Source: Candidatus Euphemobacter frigidus
GTDB taxonomy: Bacteria; Auribacterota; Erginobacteria; Erginobacterales; Erginobacteraceae
DNA: 64,000 nucleotides
Direction: 5' to 3'
Assembly (NCBI GenBank): GCA_030765805.1
Contig: JAVCDH010000003.1
Span: 5,021-69,020, forward strand
In this document: positions 34,916 through 45,382 of the stretch, in pieces
Numbering within the stretch: position 1 is the first letter of the stretch
Layout: each line of letters starts with the position of its first letter
The notes under the pieces: generated by a model
What the model saw: only the letters and a program-made list of their open reading frames with translations
Told to the model about the DNA's origin: nothing
Database searches by the model: none
Position numbers and translations under genes: made by a program

Positions 34916-36139
34916 ATGATTACCAAAAAATTTATCGAAGCGGTTCCCAAGACCGATCTTCATGTTCATCTGGACGGCTCTCTCCGTCTATCAACTCTAA
35001 TCGATATAGCCAAGCAGGAGAAGTTTGAGCTTCCATCGTACACGGAAGAAGGTCTGAACGAGCTGGTTTTTAAGGATAATTACGCCGACCTGGAAGAATA
35101 CCTGGCTGGTTTCCAATATACGGTCAAAGCTATGCAGACCCCTGAAAACCTGGAACGGATCGCCTATGAATTCGCTCAAGATAATCAGGCCGAGGGGGTA
35201 CGTTATGTTGAAGTGCGTTTCGCTCCCCAGCTCCATGTCAACTCCCGGATGGATCTGGAGAATGTCCTGACGAGTGTGAATCGGGGGATGGAGCGGGCCG
35301 CGAAAGAATACAACGCGCGCCCGGCCATCACCAGCGGCGAAGAACCTCTTTTTATTTACGGAATTATTACCTGCGCGCTGAGGTTCTTTGGGAGGAGGAT
35401 GTCCGAGTATTATCGGATCTTTCTTGATGCTCATCCATTTTCAGACCAGCGACGCAACTTCGGCGTCGCCTCTTATGAGCTGGTTCAGGGAGTTGTTCAG
35501 GTCCGGAACCGTCTATCTCTCCCTATCGTTGGTTTCGATCTGGCCGGCCCGGAGTACGGCTTTCCGGCCGATGATCATTGGAAGGCGTTTCATTTCGCGC
35601 AGAAGAACTTTCTCCACAAAACCGTTCACGCCGGAGAGGCGTACGGCCCGGAGTCCATCTTCCAGGCTATTACCGATCTCTATGCGGAGCGCCTCGGGCA
35701 CGGTTACTATCTCTTCGACGAGTCCAAGATCACCAACCCCGAGATAAAGGACAGAAAGAAATACATCCAGAATCTCAGTCAGTATATCGCGGACAGACGC
35801 ATTACCATCGAAGTCTGCCTGACCAGCAACCTTCAGACCAACCCACTGATCGGGGATATCGCCAATCATCAGTTTAAGAAGATGAAAGAAGCGAAACTCA
35901 GCGCCACCTTCTGTACCGATAACCGGCTGATGAGCAAAACCACGGTTACCCGGGAGATTGGGCGGGCGGTCAATGCCTTCGCGATTGATCCCAAGGAATT
36001 AAAGAATCATATTATTTACGGGTTCAAGCGGTGTTTTTACCCCGGTAAATATACCGAGAAACGCCGCTATGTCCGCACTATTATTGATTATTACGAGGAA
36101 CTGGAAAGAGAGTTTGGACTGTTTTATCCTTCAATATGA
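34916..36139 (+). CDS. add: Adenosine deaminase family protein
   Basis: DLHVHLDGS, EVRFAP, GFDLAGPE, TVHAGE, RLGHG, EVCLTSN, TDNRL. Confidence 0.9.
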   Translation: MITKKFIEAVPKTDLHVHLDGSLRLSTLIDIAKQEKFELPSYTEEGLNELVFKDNYADLEEYLAGFQYTVKAMQTPENLERIAYEFAQDNQAEGVRYVEVRFAPQLHVNSRMDLENVLTSVNRGMERAAKEYNARPAITSGEEPLFIYGIITCALRFFGRRMSEYYRIFLDAHPFSDQRRNFGVASYELVQGVVQVRNRLSLPIVGFDLAGPEYGFPADDHWKAFHFAQKNFLHKTVHAGEAYGPESIFQAITDLYAERLGHGYYLFDESKITNPEIKDRKKYIQNLSQYIADRRITIEVCLTSNLQTNPLIGDIANHQFKKMKEAKLSATFCTDNRLMSKTTVTREIGRAVNAFAIDPKELKNHIIYGFKRCFYPGKYTEKRRYVRTIIDYYEELEREFGLFYPSI

Positions 36140-37455
36140 AATCAAGAATTCTCTGCATCGGTGATATCCATCTCGGGAATCGAACTACCAGACTGCCGTC
36201 GAACATCGGCGAATATGGGATTGACCCCTCCGAGTTGACACCGGCCGCGACCTGGCGCGCCGCGGTTAGTTGGGCGGTTGCCCATGATATCGAGGCGGTT
36301 CTTCTATCCGGGGATGTCATAGAGAACGACCGGGATCGCTTTGAAGCTTACGGACATCTTAAATGGGGAGTGGAAGAACTCCTTGCTTCCCGGATACCAG
36401 TCTTTGCCGTAGCGGGAAATCATGACTGGATGGCGTTGCCACGCCTCTCCGACCAGATCCCCGCTTTTCGGTTGCTCGGGCGAGACGGAAAATGGGAAGT
36501 GGTGGAGATAGATTTAAAGAACGGCACCCGGATCCGGATTGCCGGCTGGTCCTTCCGGGACCGTTATTACCGAAAGAACCCGATCCGGGAACTCTCCCTC
36601 ACCCGGGACTCGGATCTACCCACTCTGGGGCTCCTTCACTGCGATCTTGACGCCTCCGGGAGTCCTTACGCTCCCGTCTCCTCCCGCGACCTGGAAGAAG
36701 TTCCGGTGGACGCCTGGTTCCTCGGCCACATCCATAGACCATCCCCTCTCTCCGGGCCCCGGCCGATCGGGTATCTCGGCAGCCTCTCCGGCCTCAACCC
36801 CGGAGAACCGGGCCCGCACGGCGCCTGGCTGGCGACCGTGAATGGACCGGGAGATGTCCAGATCGAACTTCTTCCCCTGAGCCGCCTTCGCTGGGAAGCG
36901 CTGGAGGTCGCGATCGACGGGGTTGAAGGCTCCGATCCGGAAGATCTGAAAGACGCTCTCTTTTCCTTGATGCGACGGGCGATTGGGCGGGCCCATGAAG
37001 ACGTCGTCGCCTCCCCGATCAGGCCCCGCGTGGGCGGCTGCCGTCTCAGATTAACCGGGCGTACCGCCTCTCACCACCGGATCCGCACCCTGGCGCGAAG
37101 CCTTGTCTTTCCCCAGGAGACCCTCGGAGATACCCACTACTTCATTGAGAAGGTCATTGACGAGGGCGCCCCCGCCCTTGATCTCGCCGGGTTGGCTGAG
37201 GGCTCCGATCCCCCGGCTGCCCTGGCCCGGCTGCTCGATGAGATTATAGAAAGAAAAGGACGGGCCGGGGAACTTATCGCCGCCGCCCGGGGATCCTTCG
37301 GAAGAACAACCGCCAATTCCCGATGGAGCCGGCTGCGAAGAAATCCTCCCGCCACGGATGACGAGATCCGGAGGATTCTGGTTACCGCGGGGTTCGAGGC
37401 CCTGGAAGAGCTCCTGGCCCAGCAAGGCGAGGGGGAAGTGAGAGGAAGACAGTGA
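36136..37455 (+). CDS. Mre11/SbcD-like (YhaO-type) metallophosphoesterase nuclease
   Basis: GDIHLG, SGDV, GNHD, LLHC, LGHIH. Confidence 0.88.
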   Translation: MKSRILCIGDIHLGNRTTRLPSNIGEYGIDPSELTPAATWRAAVSWAVAHDIEAVLLSGDVIENDRDRFEAYGHLKWGVEELLASRIPVFAVAGNHDWMALPRLSDQIPAFRLLGRDGKWEVVEIDLKNGTRIRIAGWSFRDRYYRKNPIRELSLTRDSDLPTLGLLHCDLDASGSPYAPVSSRDLEEVPVDAWFLGHIHRPSPLSGPRPIGYLGSLSGLNPGEPGPHGAWLATVNGPGDVQIELLPLSRLRWEALEVAIDGVEGSDPEDLKDALFSLMRRAIGRAHEDVVASPIRPRVGGCRLRLTGRTASHHRIRTLARSLVFPQETLGDTHYFIEKVIDEGAPALDLAGLAEGSDPPAALARLLDEIIERKGRAGELIAAARGSFGRTTANSRWSRLRRNPPATDDEIRRILVTAGFEALEELLAQQGEGEVRGRQ

Positions 37456-40400
37456 AGATCACCCGGATCACTATTCACCGGTTGCCCGGGATCGAACGGC
37501 CTTTCCGGATTGAGAGAATCGCTCCCGGGCTGAATATCATTCTGGGGCCGAACGGCTCCGGGAAGAGTTCCCTCTGCCGGGTCATCCGGCAGACTCTCTG
37601 GCCCGGGAATCCACCAGCCCGGACCCGGGCCCGGATCACCTGGGCCGAAGCAAAAAAAATCATCATCTCCGAGATCGAGGGCCGGGTGACCTGGCAACGC
37701 GACGGGGAAGATCTCCCCCCCCCCCGGAAGTGCCCCCCGGCTATCTGGCCCGGTGTTATACTCTAACCCTGCATGACTTGCTGAAAGACAAGAACCCCGG
37801 CGACCACAAGTTGGCGGAAGAGATCAAGGTTAAGATGGCCGGGGGATATAACCTTCCCGCGGTCGAAGATTTATTTCGCCTGAAAACAAATCACGCCCGA
37901 AATGAAGCTAAACTGTTATCCGAAGCGGAGGCCGAGCTCTCACGGCTCCAGAATGAACGCAGAGGACTGGCCGAGGAGGAGGACCGATTGGGCTCCCTTG
38001 AGAAAGAGCGGGAAGAGAGCCGCGCCGCGGCGCAGGAGATGATCGCCCTTACCAATGCCGGGGAACTGGCTAAAAAGCGCGAAGAAGTTGACGCGCTCCG
38101 GCCTGTCCTCGCCGGATTTCCCAAAGGAATGGAGGACTTACAGGGGAACGAACTGGAACGGATCAGAGAGATCGAGGATGAGATCGAGGAGTTGGAGACA
38201 AGTATCGCGGGTTATCGCCGGGAGATAAGTGAGTCTTCAAGCGAGCTGGATGAGAACAAGCTTCCGGAAGGCCCGGTCGATGAGACAACGATCGCCACCT
38301 GGGAGGAGCGTGGCCGCCGCCTGGAGCGGTTGGACCGGGAACGGGAGGATCAGGATAAGAACCGGGAACAGGCCGGAGAACTCCTGGCGAAGACCGCCGA
38401 GCGGCTGGGAATCCGGGGAGAAGATATCATCTCCATTGAACTGAACGATCGGGATCTCGAAAAGGTTGATTCCTGGATAAAAAAAGCTATCCGGGTCAAG
38501 GAGCGACGCGGGGTGATCGAGGCTCGACTGGCTGACCTGTCACCGGAAAGGAATGGCGCCCAAAGGCAGGTCGATGAATTGCGGAGGGGGGCCGATCTCT
38601 TGCGGGACTGGTTGAGCAGCCCCGGAAGTCCGGCTCTGGTCAAGGAATGGTCTCCGATCCTCTGGAGTATCTCCGGTCTGCTGGTTGCGGCGGGGATTGT
38701 ACTGTCTATCCTGCTCAGTCCCTGGTGCGTTATTTTGAGCGGGATGGTGATGGGGGTATTGGTGGCCCGCTCCGCCTCCGGGAGAGGGCGACAAGACCGG
38801 CGGGCCCCATTCCGTGAACGATTTGAGGAGCTTGACATTCCTTCTCCCACCACCTGGAGACGTTCTGATATCCGCCGGAAGTTGCGGGTGATGGAAGAAG
38901 ATCTTCGGAAAGAAGAGAGGACACTTGAAGATATCCGGGAAGTCGCACGGCTTCAACATCAACTATCTATTCTTGATGAAGAGGCGCGAAAGGTCCGGGA
39001 AGAACGGGAAACAATTCGCCGGGCGGTTGGATTCAACCCGGCGGCCAGCGAGCTGGCGATCGGAGACCTGGTAGACCTGATCCGGGCTTACCGGGCCGCC
39101 GCACTAAAAAGTTCGGAGGCGAAGGCCGGGTTTGCTTCGGCCGAGAAGATCTATTATGAAGAACTGAAGAAGCTGCGCTCCTTTCTTCTTCAGAAGCTGG
39201 GGAGATCACCGGATGACAGCCTGGAGGCCCGAAATCTTCTGTCATCCCTGAAAAACCGGAGTGACCGGATCAGGAACGCGGCGCGAAAAATCAAGAATGC
39301 TAAAAAGGAGGTTGCCGCCCGGGAAGCAAAGATTCAAAAAAAGCGGGAAAGGATAAGCAAGATTTTTCAGGCCGCCGCCCTCAGTCCGACTGATCCAGTC
39401 ATCGCCCGGCGGCTACTGACCGATATGCTTGAGCGGCTGGATGAGTACCGGAAGAAGAAACGCCGGTTATACAGCCTCGAAAGCGCCGTAGCCGAACTTT
39501 CCGCGGGGCTCCGGGACCGGCTCGACCTGGTGGACCTGGACCCTTCCCAGGCCGAAATCCTCCTGGAGGAGGCGCGCCAAAAAGAAAGGCAACTGGAAGA
39601 TATTATCGGCGCTATCAATAAGATAACATACCGGATTGAGGAAGCCAAGCACGGGGATTCTCTGGAACAAGCCATGGCCGAAATCAAGGCCGCCTCCCTA
39701 CAACTGGAAGAGAGATACATTGAAGCGCTGAGGGCGGATGCCGGGAGGCTGCTGCTTTCGAAAGCTGAAGAGGATTATGAAGAGAAGAGCCGTCCGGCGG
39801 TTCTCGATCAAGCGGCCCGGTGGTTCTCTACCTTCACCCGCTCACGATATGAGCTCCGGGTCTCAGTCGACCCCGGTGCCCCCGTCTTCCAGGCTCTGGA
39901 TACCGATACCGGCCGGGGACTGAAGCTGGATGAACTCTCCGACGCCACCCGGGTTCAGCTGTTGCTGGCCGCGCGCCTGGCCTTTGCCACTCAGGCTGAA
40001 CGGAGCACTTCACTTCCTCTCTTTCTTGATGAGGCGCTTACCACCTCCGATCCCGACCGTTTTCAAGCCGTTGTTCAAAGCTTGATCGTTATGGTGGAAG
40101 AAGGACGTCAGATCTTCTATCTCACTTCCAACCCATCCGATGTTGAACTATTCAGGGTTGTCTGCCGGAACCAGAACAAAAGGAAGCCGAATCTGATCAA
40201 CCTCGGCCGGATCAGAAAGATATCTTCGGCCGAATTCAAGCCCGAGATGCTCTCCCTACCCGTCCCGGATCTTATCCCCTCGCCGGAGGGACTGACCGCG
40301 GCCCGGTACGGGAACCGCCTGGAAGTGCCGACGTTCGACCCCTCCGCTCCGGTCTCTTCCTGCCATCTCTTTTACATCCTTCGCGACGATCTGAAATTGT

Positions 40401-40903
40401 TATATAATATCATGGAAAATATCGGGGTTAATACTATCGGGCAATGGCGATCTTTCGTTCGTTTTAACCGGAATCCTCCGGGAATCAAACCGGAAGAGAG
40501 AGATTTGATCAGCGCCCGGGCCGACCTCCTGGAGTACTTCGTGGAACAGTGGTCGATCGGGCGAGGCAGGCCCCTTAACCGGGAGGTCCTGGTGGAGAGC
40601 GGATCGATCAGTTCCAAGTATTTAGATAAGTTCGTGGAATTAGCCGGTGAACTGGGAGGTGATTCCCATCGATTTATCGAGTGCCTGGAAGAGGGCACCG
40701 ATCCCAGAGCCCGGGGCTTCCGCAAGCTTAAGAAAGAGCAACTCCGCCTCTACCTGGAAGAGAACGGCTTCATCGATCAGCGTAATCGCTTGGAGAGAGA
40801 AGAGATAACGGCCGTAATCATGAAAAAACATGAACTATCCGGGCGGATGCCACCCGAAGAGATTGCCCGCCGGGTCTCTGAATTATGGAACTTGCTGAAC
40901 TGA
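37452..40903 (+). pseudogene. YhaN/SbcC-like SMC-type ATPase split by a frameshift at a C11 run
   Basis: Walker A (GPNGSGKS) in 37452..37766; coiled coil, TM pair, LSDATR signature and FLDEALTTSD Walker B in 37730..40903. Frames join if C11 at 37715-37725 is C12 or C9. Confidence 0.8.
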
Positions 40904-40976
40904 AAAGGTATTATATCAATCGGGGCGGGCGGATTCTCCGCCAGAGGCGGATGCGCCTCCGGCGCAGAACCTAAAG

Positions 40977-41051
40977 TCGGGGCGGGGAGATTTGAACTCC
41001 CGACCTCCTGCTCCCAAAGCAGGCGCGCTAACCAGACTGCGCTACGCCCCG
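40977..41051 (-). tRNA. tRNA-Pro(TGG)
   Basis: CGGGGCG acceptor stem, CCTGC-TT-TGG-GA-GCAGG anticodon arm, GTTCAAATC T-loop; CCA not encoded. Confidence 0.96.
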
Positions 41052-41080
41052 CACTATTCGTGAAAACTTTCAATTTTCGA

Positions 41081-41109
41081 ATAATGCGAGGTAAAGGATG
41101 AGTTGTCAA
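41081..41109 (-). promoter_or_regulatory. Sigma70-type promoter for tRNA-Pro
   Basis: Minus strand TTGACA-N17-CATTAT. Confidence 0.7.
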
Positions 41110-41329
41110 GAGATGAATATTGTCGGCGGGATCGGCCGGTATATCGGTGGTGGTACGGAGAATCCCCCGGACGGACGCCTCCCTTCCGCTGCCGCAGCCA
41201 AGGCTTTTTCCGCCCCGGGAGAAAGCTGAAAAGTTAACAATCCTGCGCCATCTGGCTGTCTTCTTCCGACATAAATACGGTCAAAACGCCGCTAAACTTT
41301 TTCTTTGAAAAATTTTGTTAAATAGCCCG

Positions 41330-41358
41330 ATGACAATATAACCTGTCTTTGTTACAAT
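41330..41358 (+). promoter_or_regulatory. Sigma70-type promoter, probably giving a leaderless restriction-gene mRNA
   Basis: ATGACA-N17-TACAAT with extended TG; ATG lies 7 nt after the -10 box; no SD. Confidence 0.6.
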
Positions 41359-41365
41359 CGGTTAA

Positions 41366-42103
41366 ATGAAGAAGAAAATCCTTCAAAACATGCAAGCGAG
41401 AGTCGGGAAAGCAGTGGCCGGTTACTGGCTTACCCGTGATAGCCAGACGAAAAGGCAGAAAAAATCTGGGCGTCTGGATCAAGGAGCTCGGGGGGCGGTA
41501 ACCGGCGGAGCGCAGATGGATGGATTTATATCCTTACTGACGGAGATACTTCAAGAAGACGGTGTTCGTGAAGAGCATATCTTTCGGAAGAGATGCCTGG
41601 AATTGCCGGGGTTCTTCCGGCCTACCAAGGAATGGGATCTGCTTGTTGTCCGGGATGAGCAACTTATCATCGCTCTGGAGGCGAAGTCACAAGTCGGCCC
41701 TTCGTTCGGGAATAATTTCAACAATAGAACCGAGGAGGCGATGGGAAACGCCCTGGATCTCTGGACCGCTTACCGTGAAGGGGCTTTCAATAGCACGGTT
41801 AAACCATGGTTGGGTTATATCTTCCTCATAGAAGATTGTCCCCAATCAAGATATCCGGTGAAGGTTAGAGAGCCCCATTTCGAGGTTTTCCCGGAGTTTA
41901 AGGGTGCTTCTTATGCGAAGAGATATGAACTATTCTGCCGCAAATTAGTCCGAGAACGACATTACTCCGCTACAACGTTCTTGATGGCTAATAAGGTTGA
42001 TGGACTCAAGGGGATTTATACCGAGCCGGCGAATGATCTGAAATTTGAGTTATTTGCCCGTTCTCTCGTCGCTCAGGCGGCTGCTTTTGGGAAGAAGATA
42101 TAG
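41366..42103 (+). CDS. PaeR7I/XhoI-family type II restriction endonuclease
   Basis: RGAVTGGAQMDGF, LPGFFRPTKEWDLLV, EAKSQVGPSFGNNFNNRTEEAMG, SYAKRYELFCRKLVRER. Confidence 0.88.
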   Translation: MKKKILQNMQARVGKAVAGYWLTRDSQTKRQKKSGRLDQGARGAVTGGAQMDGFISLLTEILQEDGVREEHIFRKRCLELPGFFRPTKEWDLLVVRDEQLIIALEAKSQVGPSFGNNFNNRTEEAMGNALDLWTAYREGAFNSTVKPWLGYIFLIEDCPQSRYPVKVREPHFEVFPEFKGASYAKRYELFCRKLVRERHYSATTFLMANKVDGLKGIYTEPANDLKFELFARSLVAQAAAFGKKI

Positions 42104-42105
42104 CT

Positions 42106-43035
42106 ATGATCCGTACGATTGAAATGGAAGATATCGTTACCTCACATCGCCTCATTCAGGGTGACGCGAGGCACCTGCCGTATATTTCTGACGGATCAGT
42201 TCATCTGGTCCTGACATCACCTCCTTACTGGACCCTCAAGAAATATAATGATAGTCCCGGTCAGCTAGGGAGTGTTTCTGATTATGAAAACTTTCTCAAT
42301 CAATTGAAAAAAGTATGGCAGGAAGCTTATCGGGTTCTGGTTCCGGGCGGCAGATTGGTCTGTGTAGTGGGGGACGTCTGCCTTTCCCGAAAGAAGCATG
42401 GTCGGCACGTTGTCGTACCGCTTCACGCGGATATCTGCGTGATCTGCCGGAAGATAGGATTCGATAATCTAAATCCGGTTATCTGGTACAAGATTTCGAA
42501 TGCAAGCTTTGAGGCGAACAACGGATCAAAATTCCTCGGCAAGCCTTACGAGCCTAACGCAATCATTAAGAATGACATCGAGTTTATTCTGATGCAGAGG
42601 AAACCGGGAGGGTACCGGAAACCGACCGCAGATCAACGGCGGTTAAGCAAGATCGGCAAACGTGAATTCAACGAATGGTTTCGCCAGTTCTGGACCATTA
42701 CCGGGGCCTCGACCAGAAATCATCCGGCTCCTTTTCCCCTGGAATTAGCCTATCGCCTAGTTCGCATGTTCTCTTTCTGGGGAGATACCGTTCTCGATCC
42801 ATTCTGCGGAAGCGGGACGACCATGCTCGCGGCTATGAGATGCAATCGGAACAGTATCGGAATCGAGATTGACCGGGAGTATTGCCGAATAGCAGCCAAT
42901 AGACTCCAAAATGAAACTCAGGATCTTTTTTTCAACTACCGTTTGGAATTCAAGAAACAGATCAACACCCAAGCTCGTGGTCTGGTCCTCCATGAAGAAC
43001 GAGCGTTGTATAAAGCGAGGCGAAAAGGCATTTAG
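42106..43035 (+). CDS. Beta-class N4/N6 site-specific DNA methyltransferase
   Basis: TSPPY before HPAPFP and VLDPFCGSGTT. Confidence 0.92.
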   Translation: MIRTIEMEDIVTSHRLIQGDARHLPYISDGSVHLVLTSPPYWTLKKYNDSPGQLGSVSDYENFLNQLKKVWQEAYRVLVPGGRLVCVVGDVCLSRKKHGRHVVVPLHADICVICRKIGFDNLNPVIWYKISNASFEANNGSKFLGKPYEPNAIIKNDIEFILMQRKPGGYRKPTADQRRLSKIGKREFNEWFRQFWTITGASTRNHPAPFPLELAYRLVRMFSFWGDTVLDPFCGSGTTMLAAMRCNRNSIGIEIDREYCRIAANRLQNETQDLFFNYRLEFKKQINTQARGLVLHEERALYKARRKGI

Positions 43036-43060
43036 ATCCTTCAGCATGTTGGATCGTAGC

Positions 43061-44635
43061 CTATCTCCCTCGCCGGCTGCTTCTTGATTCGTTCTTCTCG
43101 CTCCTCCCTCCAACCGTGATATTCAAGGGGGCGTTATTACTCCCGGTAATACTCACTCCTGCTCCGGTGCTGCCTTTCCGGAAACTGATCCCGGGTCTGA
43201 TTCCGGGAGTGGGGGGAGGGGCTACTCTAACAGATGGAGAAGAAACCGTTTCCGGAGGACAAACCGCCGGTTCGGGAGATGAAGATGAAGTCGGAGAGAC
43301 TGCCGGGGATGGGGTGGGGGAGGGGGAGAGCACGATCGTTGGGGACGGCCTGGGAGTCGGGGGAGGCGTTAATATCGACAACAGTGTTGGAGAAAGAGAG
43401 GGGGGCGGGGACGGCGTGCCCTGAGTTTGCCGAAGGGGCGAGGGAGGGATGGAAGCTGTGGCTGACGGACTGGGAGCAGCTGTCCGGGTTGGTCGTGGTA
43501 ATGGCGTGAGAGAAGGAGAAGTGGTTGGTGAGGGCATGAGAACGCGATCGGATATCGCGTAGAGATTGCCGTCAAAGCTCCCGAAATATACCCAATCTTC
43601 CCGCACAGCGGGAGATGACCAGACCGCGGCTCCGGTCTTGAACCTCCATCTTCCGCGCCCGGAGTCCGCCTCAACCCCGTAAAGACAACCGTCGAAACTA
43701 CCGAAGTAGACCACACCGTTGGAAACGAAGGGAGAGGAACGGAGAGGCCCGCCGGCTTCGAATCTCCACCTCTTCCGTCCGGTCGCTCCGTCAACCGCGT
43801 AAAAGTAATGGTCCATGCTCCCGAAATATACCGTCCCATCGGCGATAACCGGTGAGGATGATACTGAGGCGCTGGTTCTGAACCTCCATCTCTCCCGGCC
43901 GGTGGTACTATCCAGAGCGTAGAGATGGCCATCATTGCTGCCGAAGTAGATTGCCCCGTTAAAGATGGCAGGGGTTGACCAGACCTCACCCTCTGTTTTA
44001 AATCTCCACTTAACCCGGCCTAGAGCCGAGTCTACCGCATAGAGACAGCCGTCGTTGCTACCGAAATAAATCGTACCGGCCGCTATCAGAGGAGAGGACC
44101 AGATACCGTCTCCTGTTTTTTGAACCCATTGTTTTTCCCCGGTATCCGCCGCCAGGGCATAGAGGTTGCCGTCATTACTGCCGAAGTAGACCTTGCCTCC
44201 GGCCAAGGCGGGAGAAGAAGCAACCTCATCTCCCGCAGCGAATCTCCATATCTCCCGGCCGGTCGCTCTGTCAACCGCGTACAGATTATGATCCAGGCTT
44301 CCGAAATAGACCACCCCACCGGCTACGGCAGGGGAGGAACAGACAGCAGCGGCCGTTTTGAATGACCACTTTTCTTCACCGGAAAAACTATCCAGGGCGT
44401 ACAGGTTCCCGTCATTGCTCCCACAGTAGATGGTGGACCCGGAGATAACTGGAGAAGAGTAAACAAACGCGCCGGTATTGAACATCCACCGGGGTTTATC
44501 ATGGCGGATCCGGGTCTCATTCCCGGAAGTTCCCGGGAATAACCGGTTCGCCGGTTCGAAAGACCCTTTCTCCGGACCGCGGCATCCCGGGATCAGGATG
44601 ATCATCAGCCCAATGCTGATTACATATTTTTTCAT
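43061..44635 (-). CDS. PQQ-like 8-bladed beta-propeller lipoprotein with Pro/Ser/Thr tail
   Basis: Lipobox IPGC; eight ~40-aa repeats SSP....VYFGS.DG.LYA.D..TG..KW.F. Confidence 0.88.
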   Translation of the reverse strand: MKKYVISIGLMIILIPGCRGPEKGSFEPANRLFPGTSGNETRIRHDKPRWMFNTGAFVYSSPVISGSTIYCGSNDGNLYALDSFSGEEKWSFKTAAAVCSSPAVAGGVVYFGSLDHNLYAVDRATGREIWRFAAGDEVASSPALAGGKVYFGSNDGNLYALAADTGEKQWVQKTGDGIWSSPLIAAGTIYFGSNDGCLYAVDSALGRVKWRFKTEGEVWSTPAIFNGAIYFGSNDGHLYALDSTTGRERWRFRTSASVSSSPVIADGTVYFGSMDHYFYAVDGATGRKRWRFEAGGPLRSSPFVSNGVVYFGSFDGCLYGVEADSGRGRWRFKTGAAVWSSPAVREDWVYFGSFDGNLYAISDRVLMPSPTTSPSLTPLPRPTRTAAPSPSATASIPPSPLRQTQGTPSPPPSLSPTLLSILTPPPTPRPSPTIVLSPSPTPSPAVSPTSSSSPEPAVCPPETVSSPSVRVAPPPTPGIRPGISFRKGSTGAGVSITGSNNAPLNITVGGRSEKNESRSSRRGR

Positions 44636-44737
44636 TATTGGAGGAAAGATAACAAAACCAATATTATCTTACTCTGTCAACTCTGTATACTGCAAGATTG
44701 ACCTTTTTCTTTAGTTATTTTCCGGAAGGAATTTATC

Positions 44738-44766
44738 TTGACGCTGTTACCAATTTCCCCTATTAT
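44738..44766 (+). promoter_or_regulatory. Sigma70-type promoter
   Basis: TTGACG-N17-TATTAT upstream of AGGAGGT and ATG 44809. Confidence 0.75.
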
Positions 44767-44808
44767 GTTATCAACAATCTTAACTCGCAACACAGGAGGT
44801 GTTGGCAA

Positions 44809-45075
44809 ATGATAATTGTTCTCTTTATAATTGCTGTCGTGGCGGTAATCGTCATCTACGTTATTGCCAATCGTTCAAAAAAAGAAGTAGTGATCGAAGA
44901 AGATAAGGAACCTACTCCGACCATGGCGCCTGAAGACACCGGGGCGAAGGAGGAGGAACGTTTTTCATCGCCGCCACCGCCCCCTCCGCCCCCGCCGCCT
45001 CCTCCGCCCCCGCCGCCTCCTCCGCCCCCGCCGCCTCCTCCGCCTTTTTCGCCTCCTCCGCCTTCTTCGCCTTAA
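44809..45075 (+). CDS. Small single-TM protein with a 25-proline run
   Basis: MIIVLFIIAVVAVIVIYVI TM, acidic linker, P25; own promoter and RBS. Confidence 0.75.
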   Translation: MIIVLFIIAVVAVIVIYVIANRSKKEVVIEEDKEPTPTMAPEDTGAKEEERFSSPPPPPPPPPPPPPPPPPPPPPPPPPFSPPPPSSP

Positions 45076-45251
45076 GTGGTGTCAGTTATTTGGGGATGTA
45101 CGCAAGACCGGGAAGAATGAAAGACGGCCCCGATGAGTAATTCCGGGTGCTGGCCTTTCTCCTTTTCGGTCTTGTTTTTTAATATTTAGGTTGTAAATGA
45201 ATATCTGACGGTATAGTAAAGAGTTGTTCTGTCGTAAATTCGATTTCAAGA

Positions 45252-45326
<75 letters not shown>

Positions 45327-45382
45327 TATAAGAATTGCCTTATATATTACCCTTGAGTATCACAATAAATTCATTTAAATAA

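Noticed and set aside
34916-40903. RADAR anti-phage system (deaminase plus ATPase)
   Set aside because: The deaminase is housekeeping-sized (407 aa) and the ATPase is SMC/YhaN-type with an Mre11-like partner, not RdrA-like.
41366-42103. Avoidance of CTCGAG as evidence for specificity
   Set aside because: CTCGAG occurs in the window (e.g. near 3347, 3365 and 34199); depletion cannot be judged by eye.
43550-44500. CRISPR-like regular repeats at 120-bp spacing
   Set aside because: These are coding beta-propeller blades; no CRISPR array or cas gene was seen anywhere in the window.
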